Positions 46,916-57,676 are shown, counted from the first letter of the stretch. The stretch: DNA of 64,000 nt from a bacterium (GCA_031385045.1 JANNBC010000024.1:128001-192000), one strand, 5' to 3'. Made by a program: numbers and translations. The notes: generated by a model not told the origin, from the letters alone.

Positions 46916-47202
46916 TTTGGGTCTAGAATATTATGTAAATTTCAAAAAATATTTGCCAATATCGTTAAATTTACTGCGGGCAGTAGCGTGGAATAAACCA
47001 ATGTACTGCCACTAAAACAAAATAAATAGGGTTAAAAAGAATGAATTTTGGCAATGACTTTCGAATAACCCTATATAGCTATCAGATAATAGCTTAGAAA
47101 TGATTCACTAAACAGATTAAATTATTCAAAAATTCACAAATCTAACTATTGATTTTAATAAGCTACTGATATAACTTGAGAACTTGCTTTGAGAGGTTTT
47201 AT

Positions 47203-47688
47203 ATGTATATCGGCGGAATCACATTTCATATCAATAAATCGTTTGCTAACTTGCAACTAGTTCCAGAGAATCGTGGCTTACGGATTGTTTACAAGCCAGT
47301 AATTAATAATGTTGAGGTGACTGAGCACCTAGGATTTATAGATCTATTTTTACCAATCGATGCTGTCGGCGGACTCTGGGCTACAACTAAAGCATTTCTA
47401 TATGCCGTTGAGTCACTTGATGAAAATATTATTTTACAGAGTAAAGAAGCGGGGGAGAACCCCAACGATATTTTAATTAAACTTTATCGTGATAAACCAC
47501 TTGGTGATCAAGGAAAACTTAATGGGCATGAAAGTTGCTGGTTAAGGATTGTTAACGGTCGGAGCGAAGAAGAGCGTCGTAGAATTAAATTAGGACCTCG
47601 TGATTTGCTTTGCTTAGAATTAGCTTGTCAGAGTGTTATGACAATTGCTGGCGCAACAGCCCAACATAATCCACAAAAAATTTCTTAA
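47203..47688 (+). CDS. Hypothetical protein divergent from the T4SS operon
   Basis: GAGAGG SD precedes ATG 47203 (track start TTG 47176). Confidence 0.7.
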   Translation: MYIGGITFHINKSFANLQLVPENRGLRIVYKPVINNVEVTEHLGFIDLFLPIDAVGGLWATTKAFLYAVESLDENIILQSKEAGENPNDILIKLYRDKPLGDQGKLNGHESCWLRIVNGRSEEERRRIKLGPRDLLCLELACQSVMTIAGATAQHNPQKIS

Positions 47689-47705
47689 AATTTATCCTAC
47701 TGTGC

Positions 47706-47945
47706 CTAGTATTGTGATTGACCTCGGCAGCCTGTTGTAAAACTTCCAAGTGCTGGTGGATAAGTGTAGCAAACTTGATTTTGGCTGTGGTAATCAGAAA
47801 AATCTTTGCGATCATATTTTTGAATTTCTCGAATATGATAAGCTTGACGAGAGTTTACGCTAGTTTCATTTAGCATGCCTAGATGATAGTCACGAGCAGT
47901 ACAGGATGATAACAACAATAACATTCCAATGATAACTAAACGCAT
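47706..47945 (-). CDS. Small lipoprotein
   Basis: MRLVIIGMLLLLSSC lipobox; GGAG SD upstream of ATG 47945. Confidence 0.65.
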   Translation of the reverse strand: MRLVIIGMLLLLSSCTARDYHLGMLNETSVNSRQAYHIREIQKYDRKDFSDYHSQNQVCYTYPPALGSFTTGCRGQSQY

Positions 47946-48181
47946 ATTTAACTCCAAATAGACCTAGCTTTTCTTGACTAGACTTCAATCATTTAAAAGC
48001 ACTAGACCAGTTATGATAGTCATTTGCAAAGTGTGATGTCAATTAATCAACGGATTTAACTTGAAGCTTAAATAATATCTTACGACAATATTTTAGAAGC
48101 ATTTGTTCAGAAATGCTTGATTATCACAGGTGACAGCTTTAAAGCATAATCATTTTTGAATAATTTATTTAGGTAAATAAT

Positions 48182-48742
48182 ATGTCCTTGCAAATTCCAT
48201 CTGTTGTAAAAGAAGTAATTACTACTGCTGAGTCTAGATTGCCAAAGGTAAAACAAGCTGTCTCTGCATTTTTAGGGCTTGCGGGACTGGTCAGTCTAAA
48301 CAGTTGTGCAATGGATCCATATGCTTATGGGGGGTATCAACAAGCAAGACAAGAGCCACCACGGAGAGCTCAAGAGTTTCAAGAGATGCCCGATATGGCT
48401 TATAATCAAGCTCCATACCAAGGCTATAATAACGTAGGACAACAAAGGCATCTTGTTCCTGGACAGCCTAATCTAAGTATTCAAGAGCAGATAAAAATTG
48501 CTCAGAATCATGCAGCTACTTATGATGCTTATAGTAATGCAGTTAGAGCAACTGCTGATGCAATGAGAGCAAACATTCCACCACGATTACAGAATGAGTT
48601 CACAAGACGAGCTACAGATGAACAAGCAAGAGCGATTACTCCAAGAAATCTTTCATTTCAGGAATATCGGGATCTGGCTCAACTAAAATATGCTCAAGCC
48701 CAAGAGAACCGAGCAGCTTTGAGCGCTCGTGGGTTTTACTAA
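48182..48742 (+). CDS. Gln/Ala/Tyr-rich hypothetical protein, possible lipoprotein
   Basis: Internal hydrophobic stretch ending LNSC, then low-complexity Q/Y/P region. Confidence 0.65.
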   Translation: MSLQIPSVVKEVITTAESRLPKVKQAVSAFLGLAGLVSLNSCAMDPYAYGGYQQARQEPPRRAQEFQEMPDMAYNQAPYQGYNNVGQQRHLVPGQPNLSIQEQIKIAQNHAATYDAYSNAVRATADAMRANIPPRLQNEFTRRATDEQARAITPRNLSFQEYRDLAQLKYAQAQENRAALSARGFY

Positions 48743-48770
48743 ACACCTAATTCAAGAGGCTTATTCTATC

Positions 48771-48806
48771 TTTATTGACCGATAACAATACTTATCGGTC
48801 AATAAA
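48771..48806. terminator. Perfect 15-bp hairpin between convergent genes, probable terminator
   Basis: TTTATTGACCGATAA-CAATAC-TTATCGGTCAATAAA. Confidence 0.7.
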
Positions 48807-48855
48807 TAAATATTGCTAACACAACAATTCGAGAAATGGATACTCTCGCCCATGA

Positions 48856-50394
48856 CTACTTACTAAGATTTTTAATCGCAGCTTCTACTGCTAAGCGAGT
48901 CAAAATATCTTGATGGCCGATATATCCCCGCAGTGCCGGGAGTGCAATCGTTGGGTCAATATCACTATTCCCCAGAATTTCAGCAGCTTGGTAACTAATT
49001 TTTGGGTCAGGGCTTCCTAATAAGTTAAGTAGATCAGGAGCTGCGAAGTGCAAACTACCTGTCCAATCTTCGAGGATACGAAGTGTTTTGCGCTGTACTT
49101 GTTCCGACTTATCATTTAGCAAGCGTTTAATTTGCGACTGATAAGCTTGTGTGTTTTCAGTAATTTTAAGTTGAGCTAAAGCATCTAGCGCCTGTAGCTT
49201 AAGTTCTTCTACATTACTATTTAAATCTTGTTGAACACGATTGAAATCGACAATTCCACTACTGCGATCTTTTAAATACCTGGTTAAGTCAACCATTTGA
49301 GCAGAAGATTTTTTGACAAAATCAACAACCTGTTGGTTATCAATTTTATCGGTAAATTTTTCAACTCGATAAAGAGGTAGGTAAAATCTTAAAACAATAA
49401 ACGATAAGAGTGCCATCGTGAAAACAAAGACTCGAGCGTTACGAAAATATTTATGAGTAAATAAAGACTCGAAATTTTTCCAGATGGTGGCTTGTTTTTT
49501 ACTAAGGCAGGCATAAATTTCTTGTTCTAAGTACTTACTGTTAAAAATTCGTTTTTCGGCATCCAGTAAATAGATATTTTCCACAAGTGAATCATTGTTC
49601 TCGGAGTGCTCCTCTCGTTGCTGATTTAGATAATCAATATTTGGCAGTAATTCTATTAAGTCTTGGAGCGGAACTGCAAAGTGCGCTCCTTGTTGTACTT
49701 GTAGATCACAAACAGTTTGGTATATTTTATTTTCTAAGTCCCCCGCTCCAGTTGCCAAGGACTTACTAGTTGCTAAGTAAATTTTTTGGTTATCGCTGAT
49801 ATCATCAATTGCTTGCCCACTAACTTGATATTCGTTGGCAGTGTAGGCCTTAAGGTAACCTTGGATAATTAAATTAAGTAAAATATTACTTAGGAAAATC
49901 ACTTGATTTAGTTTCTCGTCATTCGATTGCGGATAACGGAGATGTTCACTAATTTGAGTCGTGACAGGCTTGAATTTAATTAAAAAATTATATTCTTTCC
50001 AGTCGGAGATAATAATCGAATGAAGCTCAATCCCACCAACGATTTGTTTCTCCCAGATATTTTTATTTGCTGGGTCATAAGCAATTAGTTTTTTTGTGCG
50101 CAGAATAATATAGCCAACTGAAATTGTTAAAAGACTAATTAGAAAAAGTAGTGAGATAGTAAAAATTTCAATAATGACAAAGACGCTGGAAACATAATCT
50201 TCTGGTTGGGCAAGTGGCAGTGTGAAGTAAAGTACTACTAGTCCAATAATAATTAGGCTCCAAGCGAGTCTGCGACTATCTTGATTGGAGATTGTTTTGG
50301 TCACGAAAGGACACTCCCTAGCTTGTAGCAAAGGGCATCTTAAGACCTCCTCACCTATTCTTCGTTCACATTTGCTACAAACCTCTTTGGACAT
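48856..50394 (-). CDS. Membrane protein with N-terminal Cys cluster and C-terminal HEAT-like repeats
   Basis: CSKC...CP...CP, three TM helices, HEAT-like repeats (LLNDKSEQVQRKTLRIL; LLGSPDPKISYQAAEILG). Confidence 0.7.
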   Translation of the reverse strand: MSKEVCSKCERRIGEEVLRCPLLQARECPFVTKTISNQDSRRLAWSLIIIGLVVLYFTLPLAQPEDYVSSVFVIIEIFTISLLFLISLLTISVGYIILRTKKLIAYDPANKNIWEKQIVGGIELHSIIISDWKEYNFLIKFKPVTTQISEHLRYPQSNDEKLNQVIFLSNILLNLIIQGYLKAYTANEYQVSGQAIDDISDNQKIYLATSKSLATGAGDLENKIYQTVCDLQVQQGAHFAVPLQDLIELLPNIDYLNQQREEHSENNDSLVENIYLLDAEKRIFNSKYLEQEIYACLSKKQATIWKNFESLFTHKYFRNARVFVFTMALLSFIVLRFYLPLYRVEKFTDKIDNQQVVDFVKKSSAQMVDLTRYLKDRSSGIVDFNRVQQDLNSNVEELKLQALDALAQLKITENTQAYQSQIKRLLNDKSEQVQRKTLRILEDWTGSLHFAAPDLLNLLGSPDPKISYQAAEILGNSDIDPTIALPALRGYIGHQDILTRLAVEAAIKNLSK

Positions 50395-50486
50395 TGATAT
50401 TTATTGTAAATTACGCTTACTGTAATTGTAAACTAGCTACTATTTTGTTAAAACAATAGCCTACAAAGTATATCATTTAACCTATT

Positions 50487-53400
50487 ATGCAAACGGTAAG
50501 TCCGCAATTAAATCTTTCAGAAATTGATGAACGAGTTTTAAAGTTTTGGCAGGTTGATCAAACTTTTAAAAAGTCTTTGGATCTGCGTAAGGACGCCGAT
50601 AAATTTCTTTTCTACGACGGACCGCCCTTTGCTAGCGGTCTACCACACTACGGTCACCTTTTAGTTGGAACAATGAAGGATATTATTCCTCGTTATCAAA
50701 CAATGCTTGGAAAATCTGTGGATCGTCGTTTTGGATGGGATACTCACGGTCTGCCAATAGAAATGATTATAGAAAAAGAATTGGGTCTTAAGGGCCGCAC
50801 TGATATCTTAGAGTATGGAGTTGATCGTTACAACGAAGCTTGTCGCAGTGGCGTACTCCGTTATGTTGATGAATGGGGAAAAGTTACTAACCGTTTAGGG
50901 CGCTGGGTTGATTTTCAAAATGATTACAAGACCATGGATCCAGATTTTATGGAATCTGTTTGGTGGGTTTTTAAGCAACTTTGGGAAGCTGGTAAAATTT
51001 ATGAAGGCACTAGGTGTATGCCTTACAGCTGGCGTTTAGCTACTCCACTTTCTAACTTTGAAGCCAGTTCAAATTATAAAATGGTGCAGGATCCGGCAAT
51101 TACTGTTGCCTTTAAACTCAAAGAGTCTCCTGATACTAGCTTTCTTGCCTGGACAACTACTCCCTGGACCTTGCCAGCAAATTTTGCACTTTGTCTGAAC
51201 CCTGAGATCACTTATTTAACAATTAAGTCTGGGCAACAGAAATATATTTTAGCCGAAGCTCGTCTGGAAAATTTCTTTAAGAAAGATCAGGTAGAGATTT
51301 TAAAAAGTCAATTAGGTTCTGAGTTATTCAATATTGCCTACGAACCGCTACTTCCCTACTTTGCTTCTGAACAGAAAGCTTTTTATACATTGAATGATAG
51401 CTATGTCACTACACAAGACGGAACTGGCATAGTTCATATTGCTCCAGCACATGGTGAAGATGACCATCGGTTAGGTTTGGCTAATAATCTACCTGTTATT
51501 GATCCAACAGATGCTGAAGGAAATTTCAAACTTGAAGTAACTCACTTTGCGGGACAGAATATCAAAGAAGCCGATAAGGGAATTATTCAGCTCTTAAAAG
51601 ACGAAGGTAAACTTTTTAAATTAGAAACGATAGATCACTCCTATCCTTTTTGTGAGCGATCCAACACGCCATTAATTTATAAAACTATTTCTGCTTGGTA
51701 TGTGAAAGTGGAAGAGTTGCGCGGTGAGATGTTAAAAAACAATGCTGAGATACATTGGGTTCCAGATCACATTAAGGATGGTCGCTTTGGAAAATGGTTA
51801 GAGCAAGCTAGAGATTGGAATATATCTAGGAATCGTTTTTGGGGTAATCCTTTACCAATTTGGAAATGTGATCAAGAAAACTGTGATCAGATGGAATGTT
51901 TAGGCTCTCGCTCTGAATTAGAAACAAAAACAGGGCAAACTGTCGCTGATATTCATAAACACTTTGTTGATCAATTAACTTGGAAATGTACAAATTGTTC
52001 TACCGGGCAGATGAGAAGAATTCCGGAAGTTTTGGATTGTTGGTTTGAGTCTGGTGCAATGCCCTATGCTCAACAGCATTATCCATTTGCCAATAAAGAA
52101 ACATTTGAGACAAATTTCCCAGCTGATTTTATTATCGAGTCATTAGATCAAACTCGAGGTTGGTTTTATACGCTAATGGTCTTGTCCTCTTCAGTTTTTA
52201 AGAAAGCACCTTTTAAAAATTGCATTGTTACTGGAATGGTTCTTGCTGAAGATGGCAAGAAAATGTCCAAGAGCTTGAAGAATTACCCCGACCCGACCCA
52301 TGTTCTTGATCAATATGGTGCTGACGCACTTAGATTATATTTAATTAATTCACCGCTATTAAAAGGTGAAAGTCTCCGCTTTTCTGAGCGCGGTGTGAAG
52401 GAAATTATTCGCAGTGTCTTTTTACCTTTTTGGAATGTTTATTCATTTTTTACAACCTATGCCAATGTAGATAATTATCAGCCAAGTGCGACGCTAACGG
52501 AATCAAAGAATTCTTTAGACACTTGGATACTTTCTCGTTTTCAAAGCTTACTTAATAAGGTTGAAGCTGAGATGAAGGTTTATCAGGTTTATAATGTTGT
52601 GCCATGTCTCTTGGAATTTTTAGAGGATCTAACAAATTGGTATTTGAGAAGATCTCGGCGTCGTTTTTGGTCTGATAATTTGCAAGACAAACAAGATGGC
52701 TACGATACTCTATATTATATATTAGTAGAATTTTCCAAAACCCTAGCACCGTTTTTACCCTTCTTAACTGAAGAGATTTATCAGAATCTTAGAAGTCTTG
52801 AAGTGCCAGGAAAAATATCCATTCACCTGCAAGACTATCCACAGAGTCAGGAAAAGTTTGTAAACTCCAACTTAGAGAGCCAGATGGAGTTAATTAAACT
52901 AACTGTTAGCTTAGGTCGTTCGCTTCGGTCCAATATTAATATCCGTACTCGCCAACCCTTAGCCTCAATAACTGTTGTGACTAAAAATCAAGCCGATGCC
53001 GAAACATTAAAATCCTTCTCTGCCCATATTAAAGAGGAGTTAAATGTTAAGGAAGTTTTATTTTCAGCGAACGAACAAGATTTAGTAGAAATTGAGGTTA
53101 AGCCAGACTTCCCTACTCTTGGACCAATTTTTGGTAAGGAAATGAAAGCTTTGGCAGGGTTCTTAAAGAATCTTTCAGGGGATGATTTGGCTAAGCTAGA
53201 ACGTGGTGAAGAAATAGAATTTATGGATAAAAAAATCCCAGCGACAGCCTTAGATTTACGTCGTAAACCAAAGGCTAAGGACTTGCAAATTGAAACTGCC
53301 AGAGGTGTGACAGTATTCTATGAGACTAAGCTTACCTTAGAATTATTAGAAGAAGGATTAGCGAGAGAGTTTGTAAATCGAGTCCAAAAGATGCGAAAAG

Positions 53401-53609
53401 ATGCTGGTTTTGAAATATCCGATCGAATTCAAATTGCCGTTGATACCAAAACCTTAGAATTAACTGCAGCAATTACTTCTAATTTAGAATACATTAAATC
53501 AGAAGTTCTAGCGACTGAGATCCTAAGTACTTGGGATAGTTTTTCAGCTGAGGCGACGGAAGCACATCAAATCGAAGAGTATCCAATTAACATTGCAATA
53601 TCTAGATAA
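50487..53609 (+). CDS. ileS: Isoleucyl-tRNA synthetase, type 2
   Basis: YDGPPFASGLPHYGH, GWDTHGLP, WTTTPWTLP, DWNISRNRFWG, KMSKSLKNY; 1040 aa with type 2 C-terminal extension (EGLAREFVNRVQKMRK). Confidence 0.97.
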   Translation: MQTVSPQLNLSEIDERVLKFWQVDQTFKKSLDLRKDADKFLFYDGPPFASGLPHYGHLLVGTMKDIIPRYQTMLGKSVDRRFGWDTHGLPIEMIIEKELGLKGRTDILEYGVDRYNEACRSGVLRYVDEWGKVTNRLGRWVDFQNDYKTMDPDFMESVWWVFKQLWEAGKIYEGTRCMPYSWRLATPLSNFEASSNYKMVQDPAITVAFKLKESPDTSFLAWTTTPWTLPANFALCLNPEITYLTIKSGQQKYILAEARLENFFKKDQVEILKSQLGSELFNIAYEPLLPYFASEQKAFYTLNDSYVTTQDGTGIVHIAPAHGEDDHRLGLANNLPVIDPTDAEGNFKLEVTHFAGQNIKEADKGIIQLLKDEGKLFKLETIDHSYPFCERSNTPLIYKTISAWYVKVEELRGEMLKNNAEIHWVPDHIKDGRFGKWLEQARDWNISRNRFWGNPLPIWKCDQENCDQMECLGSRSELETKTGQTVADIHKHFVDQLTWKCTNCSTGQMRRIPEVLDCWFESGAMPYAQQHYPFANKETFETNFPADFIIESLDQTRGWFYTLMVLSSSVFKKAPFKNCIVTGMVLAEDGKKMSKSLKNYPDPTHVLDQYGADALRLYLINSPLLKGESLRFSERGVKEIIRSVFLPFWNVYSFFTTYANVDNYQPSATLTESKNSLDTWILSRFQSLLNKVEAEMKVYQVYNVVPCLLEFLEDLTNWYLRRSRRRFWSDNLQDKQDGYDTLYYILVEFSKTLAPFLPFLTEEIYQNLRSLEVPGKISIHLQDYPQSQEKFVNSNLESQMELIKLTVSLGRSLRSNINIRTRQPLASITVVTKNQADAETLKSFSAHIKEELNVKEVLFSANEQDLVEIEVKPDFPTLGPIFGKEMKALAGFLKNLSGDDLAKLERGEEIEFMDKKIPATALDLRRKPKAKDLQIETARGVTVFYETKLTLELLEEGLAREFVNRVQKMRKDAGFEISDRIQIAVDTKTLELTAAITSNLEYIKSEVLATEILSTWDSFSAEATEAHQIEEYPINIAISR

Positions 53610-54317
53610 GTGACAAATTGCGACTACACGATTTTAATGCCTTGTTTGAATGAAGTTCAGACACTTCCTTTTTGTATTGTGTCAGCCAAAAAAGCAGTTA
53701 CGCGATTATCGGAATTAGGATTAACTGGAGAAATTTTAATTTCAAATCATTTAAGTACTGATGGTAGTAAAGAACTGGCACTGAAATCTGCTTGTCGAGT
53801 AGTTGATTGTCCAACAAGAGGCTATGGAGCCGCTGTTAATTTTGGTGCAAACCATGCTCTCGGCCAAGTAATTGTGATTGGAGATTCAGATGCTTCGTAT
53901 GATTTTGAAGAAGCTGTGCCAATGGTGCAATTATTACTTTCTGGTTTTGATTTCTGTATGGGGACGCGAATTAGAGGTAAGATTATTCCGGGAGCAATGC
54001 CATTTAAGAACCGTTGGCTGGGAGTCCCAGCCCTAACCGCCTTACTTAATCTTTGTTTTCGAACAGGTTTTTCTGATGCTCATTGCGGAATTCGTGGTTT
54101 TAGTAAGATGGCCTTTGATCAGATGAAACTTCAGGCTAATGGTATGGAACAAGCTAGCGAAATGTTAATTCGTGCTAAGCAACTAAAACTTCGCTCAATT
54201 GAAATTCCGGTAACACTTCATCCAGAACTACGCGATCGCCCTCCACATTTAAATCCTTGGAGAGATGGGTTGCGCCATGTCAAGCTTATTCTGCAATATT
54301 ACTTGGCAAGTTTTTGA
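53610..54317 (+). CDS. GT2-family glycosyltransferase (DPM1-like)
   Basis: MPCLNE, STDGS, RGYG, GDSDASY, SDAHCGIR, WRDG. Confidence 0.88.
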   Translation: MTNCDYTILMPCLNEVQTLPFCIVSAKKAVTRLSELGLTGEILISNHLSTDGSKELALKSACRVVDCPTRGYGAAVNFGANHALGQVIVIGDSDASYDFEEAVPMVQLLLSGFDFCMGTRIRGKIIPGAMPFKNRWLGVPALTALLNLCFRTGFSDAHCGIRGFSKMAFDQMKLQANGMEQASEMLIRAKQLKLRSIEIPVTLHPELRDRPPHLNPWRDGLRHVKLILQYYLASF

Positions 54318-55000
54318 TAAGTCTCGACGATTTCGACCAAGGTAAAAAATTCTTTGTTGGCCATCCTTTGATAAATTTCGGAGATTACTTCTAAATCTGC
54401 TGCGGTATCTAATGTTAAGCGCTGCTCAATGTCTAATTTCAGTTGCTTAAAGGTGTGGGTCGCAAGGTTAAAATTTTCTGGATGACGATAGTAAAAAGGA
54501 GTTACATGCTCAAGGTCGTACTGTTCTGTTATTTGACTAGCGATTTGCCGAAAGGACTTTGCAGAAAAAATTTCCACGTCAAGTCCAACTGGCACAGTGC
54601 GAATCGGATGACAATTACTAAGATAATCAATCTCTGGTCGATACTCGGAAATCATTTCCTCGATTATTTCTGGAGAGACTAAAGGACAGTCTCCTGTAAT
54701 TCTAATAATTAATTCTGCTTGATATTGATTAATTGCATCTAGGTAGCGAGCAAAGACATTACTTTCTGAGCCGCGATAACAGCCAATCCCCATTTGCTGA
54801 CAAAGCATCTCAATCGGATCGTCTTGTGCTAAATTACTAGTAACAATAATTATCTCAGATAAATTAGCTACTTTTTGTAAACGTCGAATGATTTGTTGAA
54901 GTACAGGTTGGCCATTTAGTAATTTTAAAACTTTTCCTGGGAGACGAGTGGATCCCATTCTAGCTTGAACCATTGCAATAATTTTTAAAGGACAACTCAT
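54299..55000 (-). CDS. SpsF-type acylneuraminate cytidylyltransferase-family protein
   Basis: QARMGSTRLPGKVL, RGSE.NV..RY, RITGDCPL, EHVTP, RLTLDT..D. Confidence 0.88.
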   Translation of the reverse strand: MSCPLKIIAMVQARMGSTRLPGKVLKLLNGQPVLQQIIRRLQKVANLSEIIIVTSNLAQDDPIEMLCQQMGIGCYRGSESNVFARYLDAINQYQAELIIRITGDCPLVSPEIIEEMISEYRPEIDYLSNCHPIRTVPVGLDVEIFSAKSFRQIASQITEQYDLEHVTPFYYRHPENFNLATHTFKQLKLDIEQRLTLDTAADLEVISEIYQRMANKEFFTLVEIVETYQKLAK

Positions 55001-56358
55001 GTCTTCCTCTGCAATAAATTAATAATTTTATTTCGGACTATCTCTTCAGGATTACTATCAATTAAATAATAAGGATCATAACGACGAAAAGCTTTTTGCC
55101 AATCTGCTTGATAGAAATTAATAATTTCTGAAATAGATAAATTTTGATCTTCTGGCCAGTAAGGAACTATTCGATTAGCAACAAAACCATTATAATCAAA
55201 CTCGATGTATTCCAAATTGCCCACGTAAACACAAGGATAACCAGCTTTTAGAACTTCAAGTAGCACTCCACTATTACCGACCATTACAAAGTCTACCTGG
55301 GCTAAATCTTCCTGGAGTTTAGTTCCAAAAGTTAATTTAATAAATTTATATTTTTTGGTTAGATGGCTAATATCAGCATTCACGAGAGAGACCGGATGAA
55401 GGCGAATCAAAATTTGCTGTGGAGAAAAATTCTTAATAATATTTTCAATTTGTCTTTCAACTCCAGCAACGTTAGTTGCTCCAGATAGAAAAATTCCTAT
55501 ATTCATTCCTATGGGTTTTAGCTTTTCAAGACGAAGTGGAATCGAGCTTCCAGCAATTCCTTTGTAGGCAACTTCTCCTTCAATTCTGGCACGTTCCGCA
55601 AAGATTTGGTGCATTGCCTCTCCTTGTAATAATAGTAAGGAAAAAGATAGCGGTGGCTTATCAATTTTAACTGGTGGAGCAAAAGAGTGTGAGCAATAAA
55701 TGCTAGGGATTTGCAAACTTTTTGCTGCCCAGACTAGAGCAAGGCAATCAGGACTATAATTTTTAGCAACTAGTACTGCTGAAAAATGATTCTTTTGTAA
55801 TTCTTTTTTAAATCTCAAATAATAACAAATAGTGCTGGCTGCGCGACAAGCTGGCATGAAGTCATAATCTTGATTTAGTTTTCTAATGATTCTTAAATAT
55901 TGGCAACATTTTTTAAATGAACCTAAAGAACTAATTAGTAATTTTAGATTCTCGAGCCGAAAGACTAGCTTCGTAGATTGTTGCGCTGTGCAGACTTTTT
56001 CTGCTTCAGTACATTTATTGATATAGTCTCCCACTGATCTTTCATTGGAAAACGTATAAGTAAAAAGAATTTGGCCTTTTTTCTGTTCTTTAATTATTAA
56101 TGCCAAAAACGATTTTAGACCAAAGGCAGCTAATGCTAGGGAAGAAATCCAGCCCGGCCTTAGGAAGCTATAAAATTGATATACTAGGCGTATGGCTCGA
56201 TTTAGTTTCATTACGTCTTGAAAATCTTTGGCACGAAGTGGGCTATTATCTTCTTGAATGGTTCGGCGCAGGGCAATCAATAGGTGTATTCGACTTCCCA
56301 CTGAAGTAACAGGGTCTTTCTGCGTAAACTCAGATTGTAAATTTAAATTTTTATCCAA
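54997..56358 (-). CDS. Hypothetical protein, possible GT-B glycosyltransferase for the nonulosonate
   Basis: RLHP and NSGVLLEVLKAGYP resemble GT-B C-terminal motifs; coupled to the cytidylyltransferase gene. Confidence 0.55.
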   Translation of the reverse strand: MDKNLNLQSEFTQKDPVTSVGSRIHLLIALRRTIQEDNSPLRAKDFQDVMKLNRAIRLVYQFYSFLRPGWISSLALAAFGLKSFLALIIKEQKKGQILFTYTFSNERSVGDYINKCTEAEKVCTAQQSTKLVFRLENLKLLISSLGSFKKCCQYLRIIRKLNQDYDFMPACRAASTICYYLRFKKELQKNHFSAVLVAKNYSPDCLALVWAAKSLQIPSIYCSHSFAPPVKIDKPPLSFSLLLLQGEAMHQIFAERARIEGEVAYKGIAGSSIPLRLEKLKPIGMNIGIFLSGATNVAGVERQIENIIKNFSPQQILIRLHPVSLVNADISHLTKKYKFIKLTFGTKLQEDLAQVDFVMVGNSGVLLEVLKAGYPCVYVGNLEYIEFDYNGFVANRIVPYWPEDQNLSISEIINFYQADWQKAFRRYDPYYLIDSNPEEIVRNKIINLLQRKT

Positions 56359-56458
56359 AAGAAGTATTATCTAAAAGTTTTGATTTATGGATCAGGATCC
56401 AGATTATAATTTGATTGATTTCATCCTTTAACTTATGACACTATAGAAAATTTTCTTA

Positions 56459-57676
56459 ATGAGCTCCAGACTAAAAAAGCTATTTTTACTAATGATTTTG
56501 CTGCTGACTGTCTGGGCTTTTAGTGAATACCTACTAAGGAAAGTCAGCTCGGGGTTAGAATTTAACCTCAGCAAGATTCAATCACTTTCCGATCTAAGAT
56601 CAATGGATTACAGCCCAAAGGGTTTGGAACAAGATTTCTACGGAAATCTTTATCTAACTTTATCAAAGGCAAATGTTGTTGGAAAATTTAATTCCTCTGG
56701 GAAATTACTTGGTTGGTTAGGTTATGATCATAGCCAAGGTAAGTTTGTTAGCAATTGGCAAACTATAGATAAATCAAGTTCCGAGATTCCAGAGTTTGGT
56801 TTTCACTACCCCCATTCTATTAAACTTCATCAAGGCAATCTGTATATCACTGAACATTTTAGCAGTCAGATTAAAAAATTTAATTTAGAAGGCGAATATC
56901 TAGGCACTTTAGGTGTCTTAGAAAATGGGGAAATTAGTTCTGGGTTTTTAAAAGATCGTAGGTTTATAAATAAGGGAGATAAGAATGGTGTTTTTAAAGG
57001 GATTGCTTGCCTTGCTTTTGATCAAGAATCCAATCTTTTTATCTCTGATTATAGTTCGGGAAGCATACTCAAGTTTAATCCCAAGGGAGTTTTTATTGGC
57101 TGGGTTGGTAAACGACTTGATGGCGGTTTTAATAAAACTTGGAGTCAGTTAGGTAGTCCGATACCTTCCAATGAATTTGGTGGCTTTAAAGGATTACATT
57201 CTATTTCATTTGATTCTAAGGGCCTGATTTATGTGAGCGATACTCACAATCATCGCATAGTAAAACTTGATCCAAGTGGTAAAAGTATTGCCTGGTTGGG
57301 AGAAACGATTGATTCACAAATTCCCACTCGATGGTTGGAATTAGATCTAATAACTAAAGCTTCAAGCAAGTTGGGAGGTTTTAATGGGCCAATTGATCTT
57401 ATCTTTGATGCTGAAGATAATCTATTTGTGCTCGAGGCCCTTGGAAATCGAATTCAGAAAATTTGGAATAATGGGCTATCAGGAGGTTGGATTGGTACTA
57501 AGTCTAATGGGCAAGTTGCCTCAAGTTGGTATTTAGGAGATTTGTTGCCTGTCGCAAGTAGTCTACCGGGAGGCTTTAACCTCCCGTATCACCTGATTCA
57601 ACAAGGAAAAGATTTTTTAATAACAGACGTAAATAATCGTCGTATCCAAAGAATAAGTATACCGCATGCTAACTAA
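56459..57676 (+). CDS. Membrane-anchored NHL-repeat beta-propeller protein
   Basis: N-terminal TM; repeats such as FHYPHSI..LYITE, IYVSDTHNHRI, FNGPIDLIFD, ITDVNNRRIQ. Confidence 0.85.
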   Translation: MSSRLKKLFLLMILLLTVWAFSEYLLRKVSSGLEFNLSKIQSLSDLRSMDYSPKGLEQDFYGNLYLTLSKANVVGKFNSSGKLLGWLGYDHSQGKFVSNWQTIDKSSSEIPEFGFHYPHSIKLHQGNLYITEHFSSQIKKFNLEGEYLGTLGVLENGEISSGFLKDRRFINKGDKNGVFKGIACLAFDQESNLFISDYSSGSILKFNPKGVFIGWVGKRLDGGFNKTWSQLGSPIPSNEFGGFKGLHSISFDSKGLIYVSDTHNHRIVKLDPSGKSIAWLGETIDSQIPTRWLELDLITKASSKLGGFNGPIDLIFDAEDNLFVLEALGNRIQKIWNNGLSGGWIGTKSNGQVASSWYLGDLLPVASSLPGGFNLPYHLIQQGKDFLITDVNNRRIQRISIPHAN

